Source of the DNA: an uncultured Acidobacteriota bacterium
GTDB lineage: Bacteria > Acidobacteriota > JAQAZP01
Assembly: GCA_963836075.1 (NCBI GenBank)
Contig: CAWIIB010000009.1
Location: forward strand, 512,001 to 576,000
DNA: 64,000 nucleotides
Direction of reading: 5' to 3'
Part shown: positions 1 through 9,634 of the stretch, piece after piece
Position numbering within the stretch: position 1 is the stretch's first letter
Layout of the letters: each line of letters starts with the position of its first letter
The notes under the pieces: generated by a model
Databases searched by the model: none
The model's input: only the letters and a program-made list of their open reading frames with translations
What the model was told of the DNA's origin: nothing
Program-made: the position numbers and the translations under genes

Positions 1-521
1 TTCTCCTTTTTCAGTGCCTGAAGGGCCCGGGCCAGCGCCTCGGGGCTGGCGCCCTTGAGGCTGTCCCGCAGTTCCTCCTTGAGGGCGATCTTCTCCGTGG
101 CCTCGTCGGCCACGGCAATGCCCAGGGCTCGCTGGATGCTGCGCACGTAAGAGGCAGGGTTCACCGGCTTCTCCAGGTAGGTCCCCGGTCCGGACATGGT
201 CCGGTTGTCCATCAGTTCCTTCAGGTCACCCTTGCCCAGCTCGTCCCGGGCGTGGGCGGTGACAATGAGCACCGGGATGCGCGACAGCTCCTTGTCCCGC
301 CGCAGCTCCTTGAGCAGCCGGTGGCCCGACTTCCGCGGCATCACCAGGTCGAGGGAGATGAAGTCGGGCCTGTTCTCCCGGATCTTCGCCATCGCCTCTT
401 CCCCGTCACCGGCGGTGATCACTTTGAATCCGGCATCCACCAGCACCATCTCCAGGTACTGCCGGACATCCGGTTCGTCATCCACCACCAGTATGGTTTT
501 CTCTTCAGCCTGCTGCATCAT
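1..521 (-). CDS. Response regulator receiver protein, 3' end runs off the window
   Basis: Translated by hand: MMQQAEEKTILVVDDEPDVRQYLEMVLVDAGF...DFISLDLVMPRKSG...VLIVTAH...YLEKP; receiver motifs; start overlaps the kinase stop. Confidence 0.85.
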   Translation of the reverse strand, partial: MMQQAEEKTILVVDDEPDVRQYLEMVLVDAGFKVITAGDGEEAMAKIRENRPDFISLDLVMPRKSGHRLLKELRRDKELSRIPVLIVTAHARDELGKGDLKELMDNRTMSGPGTYLEKPVNPASYVRSIQRALGIAVADEATEKIALKEELRDSLKGASPEALARALQALKKE

Positions 522-2056
522 CTCTCCTCCTGGCAACCCGGTCGCCGGGCTGTTTTCTCTTTCATCCCTTCAGCGAGTTCCTCGGTCTCCACGGCCTCCC
601 CATCACCAGGCCGCGGCAGATTGTCCCGGGGAAATTCCAGGCTGAAAACCGACCCCTCACCTGCTTTCGAATCAAACGAAACCTTCCCGCCATGCTCCTG
701 GACTATCTTTCTCGTGGTCAGCAACCCCAGACCGGTCCCCTTGTCCGAACCCTTGGTGGAGAAGAAGGCGGTGAAGATCTTTTTCTTTACCTCGTAATCC
801 ATCCCGGCACCGTCATCGGCCACCTTGAAGATCAGCACGCCGTCCCGGTCGCGGGTGGTGATGGTGATGGACCGGTGGGCCTTGTCGCTGATCTTGCATG
901 CGTCGATGGAATTGGTCACCAGGTTGGAGAGGCAGGCGTGTATCGCTTCCTCGTCCATCAGGGCGTAGGGGATCGCGTCCTGCAGATCGAGGTGCAGGGT
1001 GACCCCGGCCAGGCCCGCCGTGTCGTGGAACAGATCAAAGACTTTCATCGCCAGCCGGTTGGGGTCGATCAGCTGCACGGTGGGCGTCCGGCCCCGGGCA
1101 AACTCCAGAAACTCCTTGACGAAGAAGGTAATCCGCTCGATGTTGCCCTCCAGCATCTGCCAACCCTGGAAGATCCGTTCGCTGTCGCCCTTTTCCATCC
1201 CCGAGCGGAAGACATACATCCCGCCTTCAACACCCATCAGAACGTTCTTCACCCCGTGGGCCAGGCCGGCCACCGTCTGGCCCACCGCGGCAAGCCGCTC
1301 GGCCTCCATCTTTTCCTTGCCCAGCCGCTTGACCTCGGTGATGTCGGTGGACATCTCGATGATGTACGGGATCTCACCGTCGTTCATGACAACAGGCACC
1401 ACGCGAACCAGGTAGGTGGTCTGCTCGCCATCGATCACCAGGCCCTTTTCCTCCCGCGTCCGGATATCGCCGTCGATGAAGGTTGCCGCGGCGTTGCAGC
1501 TCAGGCACCGTTCACTGCGGCCCTTGTACACGGAGTAGCAGTAGTGATTTCCGAAATCCCCGTAGGCCATGGTGAACGCCTTGTTGGCCTCCACGATCTT
1601 GTACTCGCGGTCGATGACACAGATCCGCACCGGCACCTGGTCCCACAACTCGTTGCGCACCCAGTTCCTGATGGTGGCGCTCTCCTCATTCAGCGCCTTC
1701 ATCTGGGTGATGTCGGTGGTCATCTCGATGATATAGGGAACGCTCCCGTCAGGGAGTGCAATGGGCACGGTGCGGACAAGATCATGGGTCGGCCGTCCAT
1801 CGATCACCGGACCCACCGCCTGGCGCACCCGCGTCCGCCCGTCGGCGAAGGTTTCGGCGGCACTGCACTGCTCGCAGCGCTCGCTGCGGCCTTTATACTT
1901 GACGTAGCAGGGCTCTCCTATCCAGTCTCCATACGCCTCGCGGAAGGATCGATTGACTTCCACGATCCTGAAGTCGCGGTCAATGACGCAGATCCGCACC
2001 GGCACCTGGTCCCACAACTCCGTCTTCACCCAATTGCTGATCAGCCCTTCGTTCAT
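518..2056 (-). CDS. Sensor histidine kinase with two tandem Cys-containing PAS domains
   Basis: H-box AGLAHGVKNVL, N-box NLVTNSIDA, G boxes DDGAGM and GTGLGL; duplicated NWVxxELWDQVPVRICVIDR PAS units. Confidence 0.92.
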   Translation of the reverse strand: MNEGLISNWVKTELWDQVPVRICVIDRDFRIVEVNRSFREAYGDWIGEPCYVKYKGRSERCEQCSAAETFADGRTRVRQAVGPVIDGRPTHDLVRTVPIALPDGSVPYIIEMTTDITQMKALNEESATIRNWVRNELWDQVPVRICVIDREYKIVEANKAFTMAYGDFGNHYCYSVYKGRSERCLSCNAAATFIDGDIRTREEKGLVIDGEQTTYLVRVVPVVMNDGEIPYIIEMSTDITEVKRLGKEKMEAERLAAVGQTVAGLAHGVKNVLMGVEGGMYVFRSGMEKGDSERIFQGWQMLEGNIERITFFVKEFLEFARGRTPTVQLIDPNRLAMKVFDLFHDTAGLAGVTLHLDLQDAIPYALMDEEAIHACLSNLVTNSIDACKISDKAHRSITITTRDRDGVLIFKVADDGAGMDYEVKKKIFTAFFSTKGSDKGTGLGLLTTRKIVQEHGGKVSFDSKAGEGSVFSLEFPRDNLPRPGDGEAVETEELAEGMKEKTARRPGCQEER

Positions 2057-4046
2057 AGGCCCCCCTCACCGGTCTCGCCACCGGCCCCGGACCGGGCCTC
2101 GGCCAGCAACGTCAGATCGGGCATCGGCGGGCCGGGCAGCCGGCGCTCCTCGTGGCAGGTGGAGCAGCGGGCAAAGTCCTCGCCCACCTTGACAACCCCT
2201 TCGGCCACGGTCTGTTCGTGGCAGGTGACACAGAGGCCGTGCATCGCGTCCATGTACCCCGTGGCAAAACCTTCCATACCCGTTTCCGGCGGCTTGACCA
2301 CCGAACCGGCCACCAGCATCCCGGCGTGACAGCCGGTGCAGGCCAGCGCGGTGGCGCGGCCCTTGGCCCCCTCCGGGTCGCGGTGGCAGTCGGTGCAGCC
2401 GTTGTTGCCGCGCACCGCCGCCACGTGGCTGGAGTGGTCGAAGATATCGGTCACCGCGTACATGTCGCGGTGGCACTCACTGCAGGCCGAGTTGCGGTCC
2501 CGCGGCATGTTCATGTGATGGCAGCGCACACAGGAGCCGTTCTGCCCCAGTTTCTCCACGTGGAAGGTGTGGGGAAAGAGCGAGACCCGGCCGTTGCGGT
2601 TGCCGTCAATGGTGTAGAGCGCCTGGAGAGCCGCCCCCGCCGGCGGGGCCTCGTCATCCTGCAGTATGGCGAAATCGGTGCCGGGCGCTTCGGCCCGGGC
2701 CGTGGCATACCCCTCCACCGCGCGCGGCGGCGACACCGGGGTCAGCGTATCCTGGACGCCCAGCAGCGCGTCGGTGGGCAGGAGCGCGATGGCCACCGCC
2801 GCAGCCAGCAGCGCCGCCATGGTGTAGCGCCGGGGCCCGTCCAGTGAGGCCGGGGAGAGCAGGCGCATGGTTGACGGGTTGTAGAGGTCGCGTTCGGGAA
2901 CCGCCGGGGCCGCCGGTTCCTCGTCGTCATCGTGCTCGCAGACCCGGAACTTCTCGATGAAGAAGATGAAGACCAGCATCGCGCCGGCCACGATGCCCAT
3001 GCTCACCGCCACTTCCATCCAGCTGGGGAAGTAGGGCATGTCTTCGGGCCGCATGAAGGCGACGATGCAGACATCGAAGCGGTAGCCGATCATGCCGAAG
3101 ATGGTCATTGCCGCGCAGGTGCCCAGACCGATGCCGCTGGTCCGCACCTTGTTGAACAGGAGCAGCGTGGCCGGCAGCAGGGCGCTGAGCAGGACCTCGA
3201 AGAGGAAGAGGTTCGACTGCCACGAGCCGTCGGTCAGCGTGGGCAGCAGGCCGCGGTAGGCCAGGTCGCCCAGCCGCAGCGCCGACGTAGATGAAGAGCA
3301 CGATGGAGGCCGCCCGGCCCAGGCCGGCCAGCAGGTCCAGGCGCAGCTTGTGCCTGAAGAGCCACGCGGAGAAGAACGACTCGGCGGTGACCATCATCAG
3401 CCCCAGGGCGATGGCCGAGACGAAGAACAGGACCCAGATGATCGGGCTGTACCACAGCGGGTGCAGCCGGTAGGGCGTGATCAGGAACAGCGAGCCCAGC
3501 GACGACTGGTGCAGCGTGGAGAGCACGATGCCCGCGATGACCAGCGGGATGGTCAGCTTCTTGATCCAGCGAGTGGACGGTGCGAAAGAGCGGCCTGTCG
3601 AACCAGGGGTGCTCCAGCACCACCGGCGCGAACTCCAGCGACAGCACCGTCAGGTAGAGCATCACGCACATGGCCACTTCGAACAGCACCGAGTGGTGCT
3701 GGGGATAGATCATCGGGTGCCAGATGTGCCAGGGCAGGCCCAGGTCGTAGAGCAGGCCCACCGCCACCGCGACGTAGCCGAGCAGCGCGGTGAGGATCGC
3801 CGGCCGGACGAAGCGGTGATACTCCTCGCGGCCGAAGATGTAGACCGTGGCCGCCACCACGAACCCGCCGGCCGCCAGGGCCACGCCCGACATCACGTCG
3901 AAGGCGATCCAGAACCCCCAGGGGGCGACGTCGGTCAGGGCGGTGGTGGCGCCCAGGCCGCGCATGAACCGCGCCAGGGTCAGCACCGCCAGGACGCCCA
4001 CCAGTGCCCAGAGAATGGTCTTCGTATTGCTGAGTCTTCTGTTCAT
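2053..4046 (-). CDS. NrfD/HybB/HmcC-type membrane subunit fused to a C-terminal multiheme (6 CxxCH) cytochrome c; split by apparent frameshifts near 3570 and 3285
   Basis: ORFs 3234-4046 (PWGFWIAFDV, DLGLPW), 2927-3526 (LSTLHQSSLGSL) and 2053-3147 (YFPSWMEV then CVRCH, CSECH, CTDCH, CTGCH, CVTCH, CSTCH) join into one colinear protein. Confidence 0.8.
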
Positions 4047-4868
4047 GCCTCTGTCTCTTTCTCTTCCGGGGCCGGCTCCGCGGTCTCACCGCTCTCCGGC
4101 GCGTCAACGTGCTGCTCCTCCTCGGCCAGCTTCATGCGCCGGCCGACGATCCACCAGACGCCGGCCATCAGGCCGCCCATGCCGACAATCAGCGGCGGGA
4201 CCTTGGACAGCGCCGCCCAGGTGAGTTCGGGCAGCGGCTTGTCGCCGAGGTTCGGCTTGAAGCCGAGGAAGTCGAGCGGGATGTCGGAGATGTAGATCAC
4301 CGACGTCCCGCCGACCTCGGTCTCGCCGTAGACCTTGTCGCTGTACCGTCCGGGGTTCTGCTCGATGCGGCGGTGCGCCTCGGCGAGCAGCTCCTCGCGC
4401 GTGCCGAAGATGGTCGCCTTCTCCGGGCAGGCCTCGACGCAGGCCGGGCTGTCCGCCCTTGACCAGCCGCTCGTAGCACATGTTGCACTTGCGGACGTAC
4501 GGGCACCGTGGCCTCCCAGTCGTAGCGCGGAATGCCGTAGGGACAGGCCATCATGCAGTAGCGGCAGCCCATGCACCTGTCGGCGTCGTAGATCACCGGC
4601 CCCTCGGGGGTCTTCTGCAGGGCGCCCACCAGGCAGGCCGAGACACAGGCCGGCTCCAGACAGTGGCGGCACTGCTGCCGCACGAAGTGGTTGCCGCCCG
4701 GGCGCGCACGATGGTGGTGAAGCGGGTGGACGAGAGGTCGTCGATGCGCAGCTTCCAGCGCCGCGGCACGTCCTTGCCCAGTCTGTTCTCCTTCTTGCAG
4801 GCCTCGACGCACTCCTCGCAGCCGGTGCAGAGCGTGGTGTCGGTGAGAATGGCCATTCGCTGGCTCAT
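4043..4868 (-). CDS. HybA/HmcB-like 4Fe-4S dicluster protein with C-terminal membrane anchor (frameshifted)
   Basis: Fragments CTGCEECVEAC, CRHCLEPACVSAC, CMGCRYCMMACP, PACVEACP, YGETEVGGTS, terminal hydrophobic helix. Confidence 0.85.
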
Positions 4869-5571
4869 ATCGGCTCGTTCTCCTTTCCCAGGGTCACCGC
4901 CAGCTTGCTGCCGGCGTCGGGCGGCCAGTGCCAGGCCACTTCCGACACGAGCTGCACGCCGGGGATCAGCACCATGTGGCTCAGCTTGGTGAGCGGGATC
5001 AGGACGAACACAGGTTGGCGCTCATCACGTGGACCAGCAGCGTGGCCTGCGTAGGAGAAGGGGTTCAGCGCCGGGTGCATCACCAGGAACCCGGACGCGA
5101 AGGGCAGCGCGACGATCAGCGGCAGGGCGTAGTCCTGGAACCGGGACAGCGCCCGGCTGGTGTGCCCGCGCGGCGCGCTGGACCACCAGGGCCACGGCCG
5201 TGACCACGGCGACGATGGTCAGCACGATCGGCCAGCGCTGTTGGACAGCGCCGGCCAGGAGAGGCCCACAGCCCCGTGTCCAGAGAGCGATGTGCCCGGC
5301 GAGGAAGAGCGGGCACCAGGATCACCGCCACGTGAAAGACCAGCGAGGTCAGGCTGAACAGAACCTGCTCCTTCACTTTGGTCACCGGCACCAGCCACTT
5401 CAGGGTGTCGATGATCAGCGCCTGTAGTTGAGGCTCTTGTCCCCGGCCCGCTGCATGGCTGCGGACGATCTCCCAGACCGTCAGCGCCACGTGGCGGACC
5501 AGGCCCAGCACCATGAACGAGAATGCGAAGATGAAAACAGGCCCTCTCGCCCACTCCAGCCAGGATTCCAT
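4865..5571 (-). CDS. NarI/HmcE/DsrM-like cytochrome b membrane subunit (frameshifted)
   Basis: MESWLEWARGPVFIFAF..., FHVAVILVP, IPLTKLSH motifs in successive frames. Confidence 0.75.
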
Positions 5572-7002
5572 CAGCTTTTCTCCCCTTCAGTTCGGTTTCC
5601 GGCGGCTGCCAGTCGTCGTCATCGCCGGTGGGCACGAACTTCTCCACCCCCGCCGCTTCGAAATCGATGACCTTCAGCAGCAGATCGTGCAGCCCGACCA
5701 CCTCGACGTCGTCCAGGTCCGTTGTCCTCGCAGACCTCCTTGAGCTGCTTCTTGCAGTTGGCGCAGGGCGAGACCACGATCTCCGCCCCGGTGGCGCGGA
5801 TCTGGTCGGCCTTGCGCTTGCCCATCAGGCTCGGTGCGGAACTCGCGGATCTCGTCGATGGAGACCGTCCCGCCGCCGCCGCCGCAGCAGTAGTTCTCCG
5901 TGCGGTTGGGGGTCATCTCCACGAAGTCCTCGCAGATCGCTCTTCAGGATCTCCCGCGGCTCCTCGGTGATCCGCCCGCTGCGGGCGATGTTGCACGGGT
6001 CGTGGTAGGTCACCCGCTCCTTGATCTTCTCCGCCTTCAGCGGGATCTTGCCCGCTTGCAGCTGCGCGTAGGCGTACTGCAGGCAGTTGACCACCTCCGG
6101 CGCGTCCGGGCCCGCAGAAGGTGGGGACGAACCAGGCGCTGCGGGTGGCGTGGCCGCACTCGCCGACCAGGATCTTCTTGCCCTTGAGCCGCCGGACCTC
6201 GGCCACCACGTTCTTGACGATCCGCTCCATCATCCGGTCGCTGTAGAACAGGCCGTAGTTGATCCCGTCGTAGTTGCCGGTGCCGATGGTCCAGGAGCCG
6301 CCGGTGACGTGCATCACCGCGGCGTTGCCCATCAGGGTGTCCGGCTCCAGCAGGTAGTCGGAGACGGCGGGGAAGAAGACGTACTCGGCTCCTCCACGTC
6401 GATGGGGAACTTGATCTCGTCGACGCCGTAGATCTCCTCGAACTCCTCCTCGAGGAACTCGCAGGTGTCCTTCAGGGCGGGCACCGGAATGGCCGAGGTG
6501 TTGCCCACGCCCTCGAGCTGCTCGCGGGTCGCCACCAGCAGCGCCTTGGGGATCACGTCGATCTCGGCAAGCAGCCAGCGGGCCAGGTGGGTGACCAGGC
6601 CGTGGTCGATGCCCATCGGGCAGGTCGACTTGCAGCGCCGGCAGGCCGTGCAGCGGTAGAAGGCCTCGGCCATCTCGTCGAGATACTCGTCGGTCAGCGT
6701 GAAGCCGCCGAAGAGCCGCGCCTTGAGCGATGCCGGCCCGGGTGAAGTACCGGCGGTAGATCCTGAACAGCAGCTCCGAGCGATGGCAGGGGATGTCCCG
6801 GTCCTCGCCGGTCGATCTGGTAGAGCTGGCAGGCCGCCGCGCAACGGCTGCACTTGGTGCTCAGCCGGGTGTAGACATCCAGGGCCAGGCCGTAGCTGCC
6901 GTGCTCGAGGACGGCGGCGAACGCCTCGAGGAACTTCCTCGGGCGGTCGCTGACCTCCAGCGCTTTCTCCTCGACGTAGTAGCTGTACTTCGACTTGCTC
7001 AT
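5570..7002 (-). CDS. HmcF/DsrK/HdrD-like CCG-domain (Fe-S)-binding protein (multiple frameshifts)
   Basis: CTACRRCKSTCPMGID, GECGHA, TYHDPCNIAR, NYCCGGGGG, PCANCKKQL across ORFs 6694-7002, 6332-7138, 5913-6332, 5825-6094, 5674-5922, 5619-5825. Confidence 0.82.
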
Positions 7003-7383
7003 CTAGTTCGACCCTTTCCTTGCCTTGTCCGTCCCCTCCGGATCGTGCGGCTGCGGCACGGTACAGGACCCGCTGCCCGGTTCCAGCTCGCCCTTGAGAA
7101 ATTGGACCAGCAGTTCCTCCACCCCGCCCGAGACCCACGAGATGACGTGGACCCCGTTGGCCTTCACCATGTCCTCGAAGGTGTTCTCCACCCCGCCGCA
7201 GATCAGCACGTCCACCTGCTGGTCGCGAAGCAGCCGCAGCCGGTCGAAGACGTTCCGGCTCTCCAGGCGGAAATCCACCTGGTTCACCAACTCCAACCCA
7301 TCGAGGGTGAAGATGGCGATGGTGGCCGAGTACTCGTAGCAGGGGGCCACCATTTCCTCAAACCTTGGTATGGCAACTTTCAT
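7003..7383 (-). CDS. NifB/NifX (FeMo-cofactor-binding, Orp-like) family protein
   Basis: MKVAIP...VAPCYE...VDVLICGG...GVHVI...GGVEELL; GGAGG RBS upstream of ATG 7383. Confidence 0.82.
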   Translation of the reverse strand: MKVAIPRFEEMVAPCYEYSATIAIFTLDGLELVNQVDFRLESRNVFDRLRLLRDQQVDVLICGGVENTFEDMVKANGVHVISWVSGGVEELLVQFLKGELEPGSGSCTVPQPHDPEGTDKARKGSN

Positions 7384-7411
7384 CACTATTCGCCTCCGGG
7401 GGAGGGAACGT

Positions 7412-7427
7412 AGCAAAAGGCGGGCCA
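7412..7427 (-). promoter_or_regulatory. Sigma54 -24/-12 promoter of the Hmc-like operon
   Basis: Minus strand TGGCCCGCCTTTTGCT fits TGGCAC-N5-TTGC; IHF consensus TATCAATGCGTTA at 7446-7458 (minus). Confidence 0.75.
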
Positions 7428-7482
7428 GGTTTTGGAATGGCAGCTTAACGCATTGATATTGTATTGCTTAGCGCGGATGATG

Positions 7483-7563
7483 TGTTGCAAAGCGTTCGTT
7501 GCGATGATGCATCAATGCAACGCAACATGGTTGCAGCGTTTCACTATTGGAACGATGAAACGC
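7483..7563. promoter_or_regulatory. Candidate upstream activator sequences (inverted repeats)
   Basis: CGTTGC..GCAACG (7497-7522) and GCGTTTCA..TGAAACGC (7536-7563), 70-140 bp upstream of the sigma54 promoter. Confidence 0.55.
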
Positions 7564-7773
7564 GTGATCAAACCGCATCCGGAGTGCGGAGGAGCCGAAG
7601 GCAGGGGTTGCAGGTGGGCATATGAGCAGCAGGATGGGGCCGCCGGCTGCATACTCTCGATAGCTCGCTTGCCCTTTTTGCATAAAGAAATTATATTCAC
7701 TGCATGTATGGTTGGCTCAAGCCGATCCCAGTATCATATATCTCTGTATATTCAACCAAATGAGGCGGTTACC

Positions 7774-9294
7774 ATGCTCAGAGCTGGGACGAGTCTGGCT
7801 TTCATCCTCTTGTGCTCTTCCATTGTGGTGACTGGCGCAGTTATCCATGTCCCGAGCGGCCAGCCCACCATCCAGGCGGGGATCGACGCTGCCGTGGACG
7901 GGGACACCGTGCTGGTGGCCGATGGAACCTTCACCGGTGACGGGAACCGTAACATCGGCTTTCACGGCAAGGCGATCACCGTCAGGTCGGAGAACGGGGC
8001 GGAGTACTGCATTATCGATTGTGAAGGCTGGGGATTTGGATTCACTTTCCAAAACGGTGAGGATCTGGATTCGGTGCTGGACGGATTCACGATCCGCAAC
8101 GGAGAATATATCGCTGGTGGTGGGATCTACTGCGACGGCTCCTCCCCAACGATCGCCAACTGCACCTTCAGTGGAAACGTAGCTGATTTTTTGGGTGGTG
8201 GGCTGTTTTGCGTCTACTCCTCGCCAACGATCGCCAACTGCACCTTCAGTGGAAACGTAGCTGATAGTGACGGTGCCGGTGGTGGGATCTACTGCGCTCA
8301 ATCCTCCCCGACGATCACCAACTGCACCTTCAGCGCTAACGGGGCACAAGGGGCTTGGGGTGGGGGTAACGGTGGTGGGATCTTCTGCGACGCCTCCTCG
8401 CCAACGATCACCAACTGCACCTTCAGCGCTAACTGGGCACATGGGGGTTATGATGGGGGTACGGGTGGTGGGATCGCCTGCTGGGGCTCATCAACGACGA
8501 TCACCAACTGCACCTTCAGCGAGAACGTAGCTGATAATGGTTATGGTAGTGGGATCTTCTGCACGGGGGCGGGATCCTCGCAAACGATCACCAACTGCAT
8601 CGTCTGGAACAACAGCCCGGACGGCATCCATGACGCATCGGGCTCCTCGATCGTCTCCTACTCCGACGTTCAGGGCGGCTGGCCGGGCGAGGGCAACATC
8701 GACGCCGATCCGCTGTTCATTGCCGGACCCGAGGGCAACTACTACCTCAGCCAAGTAGCCGCTGGGCAGGCCGAGGACAGCCCGTGTCTGGATGCCGGGA
8801 GCGAACCGTCAGCGGACATCTGCTACGACAGTGGCGAGGGGACTGTCTGCCTCGACCAGCGCCCGACCCGCACCGACTTCGTCGACGACGCCGGGCAGGT
8901 GGACATGGGATACCACTACCCCGGCCGGATGGTGGAGTCGGTTCTGACCAGTTCCCTGACGTTCGGCACGGTGCCCTTCACGACGGATCTGTCGGTGACG
9001 GTCTCGAACCGGCACCCAAGCCAGTCCCGGACTCTCGTCGGCCGTATCGACGTCGAGCTCGCCGGCGGCCAGTCTTTCCCGAACTGGCGAACCGGATTCT
9101 TGAGCGTTCCGCCCGGAGACAGCTTTACCACGTCCTGGCCCCGGAACATCCCGGCCCTCGGGTCGGTGATTGGGAGAAACGAGTTCACGCTGGTGGCCGA
9201 GGACGTGACATCCGCACCCTTCAACCAACCGCCCTATCCACCGGCAGGGGACACCGCCACGGCCTCCTGCACGGTGACGGGGATCGCTCCGTGA
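7774..9294 (+). CDS. Secreted right-handed parallel beta-helix repeat protein with shared C-terminal domain
   Basis: Signal peptide, VIHVPSGQPTIQAGID, repeated GGGIYC..SSPTIxNCTFSxN units, GNIDADPLF, C-terminal NWRxG...NQPPYPPAGD. Confidence 0.85.
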   Translation: MLRAGTSLAFILLCSSIVVTGAVIHVPSGQPTIQAGIDAAVDGDTVLVADGTFTGDGNRNIGFHGKAITVRSENGAEYCIIDCEGWGFGFTFQNGEDLDSVLDGFTIRNGEYIAGGGIYCDGSSPTIANCTFSGNVADFLGGGLFCVYSSPTIANCTFSGNVADSDGAGGGIYCAQSSPTITNCTFSANGAQGAWGGGNGGGIFCDASSPTITNCTFSANWAHGGYDGGTGGGIACWGSSTTITNCTFSENVADNGYGSGIFCTGAGSSQTITNCIVWNNSPDGIHDASGSSIVSYSDVQGGWPGEGNIDADPLFIAGPEGNYYLSQVAAGQAEDSPCLDAGSEPSADICYDSGEGTVCLDQRPTRTDFVDDAGQVDMGYHYPGRMVESVLTSSLTFGTVPFTTDLSVTVSNRHPSQSRTLVGRIDVELAGGQSFPNWRTGFLSVPPGDSFTTSWPRNIPALGSVIGRNEFTLVAEDVTSAPFNQPPYPPAGDTATASCTVTGIAP

Positions 9295-9375
9295 ACGACC
9301 GGGTGAAACAGCGACATTGATCGGGCAGGCCTCGTAGCGCATCCAGAAAACGATCCCAGCAAAATAGCCGATCTA

Positions 9376-9429
9376 TTGTTATCAACAACTTAAATTGACT
9401 ACATCATTAGCATGTTGTGACCGCCGGCC
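9376..9429 (+). repeat. 54-bp conserved box, copy 1
   Basis: 47/54 identical to 11189-11242; contains TATCAACAACTTA (IHF consensus) and CATCAT-TAGC-ATGTTG. Confidence 0.8.
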
Positions 9430-9634
9430 GAAAAATAAAAGGCTTCCTCGCCACTTTCTTCTTGCCGTTTCGTAAAAATTGCTTATATTTAGCACAAAAG
9501 CACTGCCTATTATTCGTTTTATCCTTCTCTAATCTGATGGCGCCCGAAAGGATTTGTCATCCACGGGAGACAAGGAGCAACGAGATAAGGATTCCTATCT
9601 ATTGAAACGTGGAGGCCATAAAAGGAGTAGTCCC

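Noticed and set aside
692-2329. Long antisense and alternate-frame ORFs (also 16027-17727, 37867-39648, 43757-45793, 51746-53125)
   Set aside because: Shadows of well-supported genes in high-GC DNA; no motifs
7432-7773. N-terminal extension of the 620-aa ORF
   Set aside because: Overlaps the divergent promoter region; RBS and signal peptide favour ATG 7774
8110-8600. Near-identical DNA repeats with variable spacers, CRISPR- or DGR-like at first sight
   Set aside because: In-frame beta-helix coding repeats; no cas or reverse transcriptase genes in the window
9376-9429. Box as a dif/Xer site or sigma70 promoter
   Set aside because: No XerD-arm match; TTGACT has no properly spaced -10
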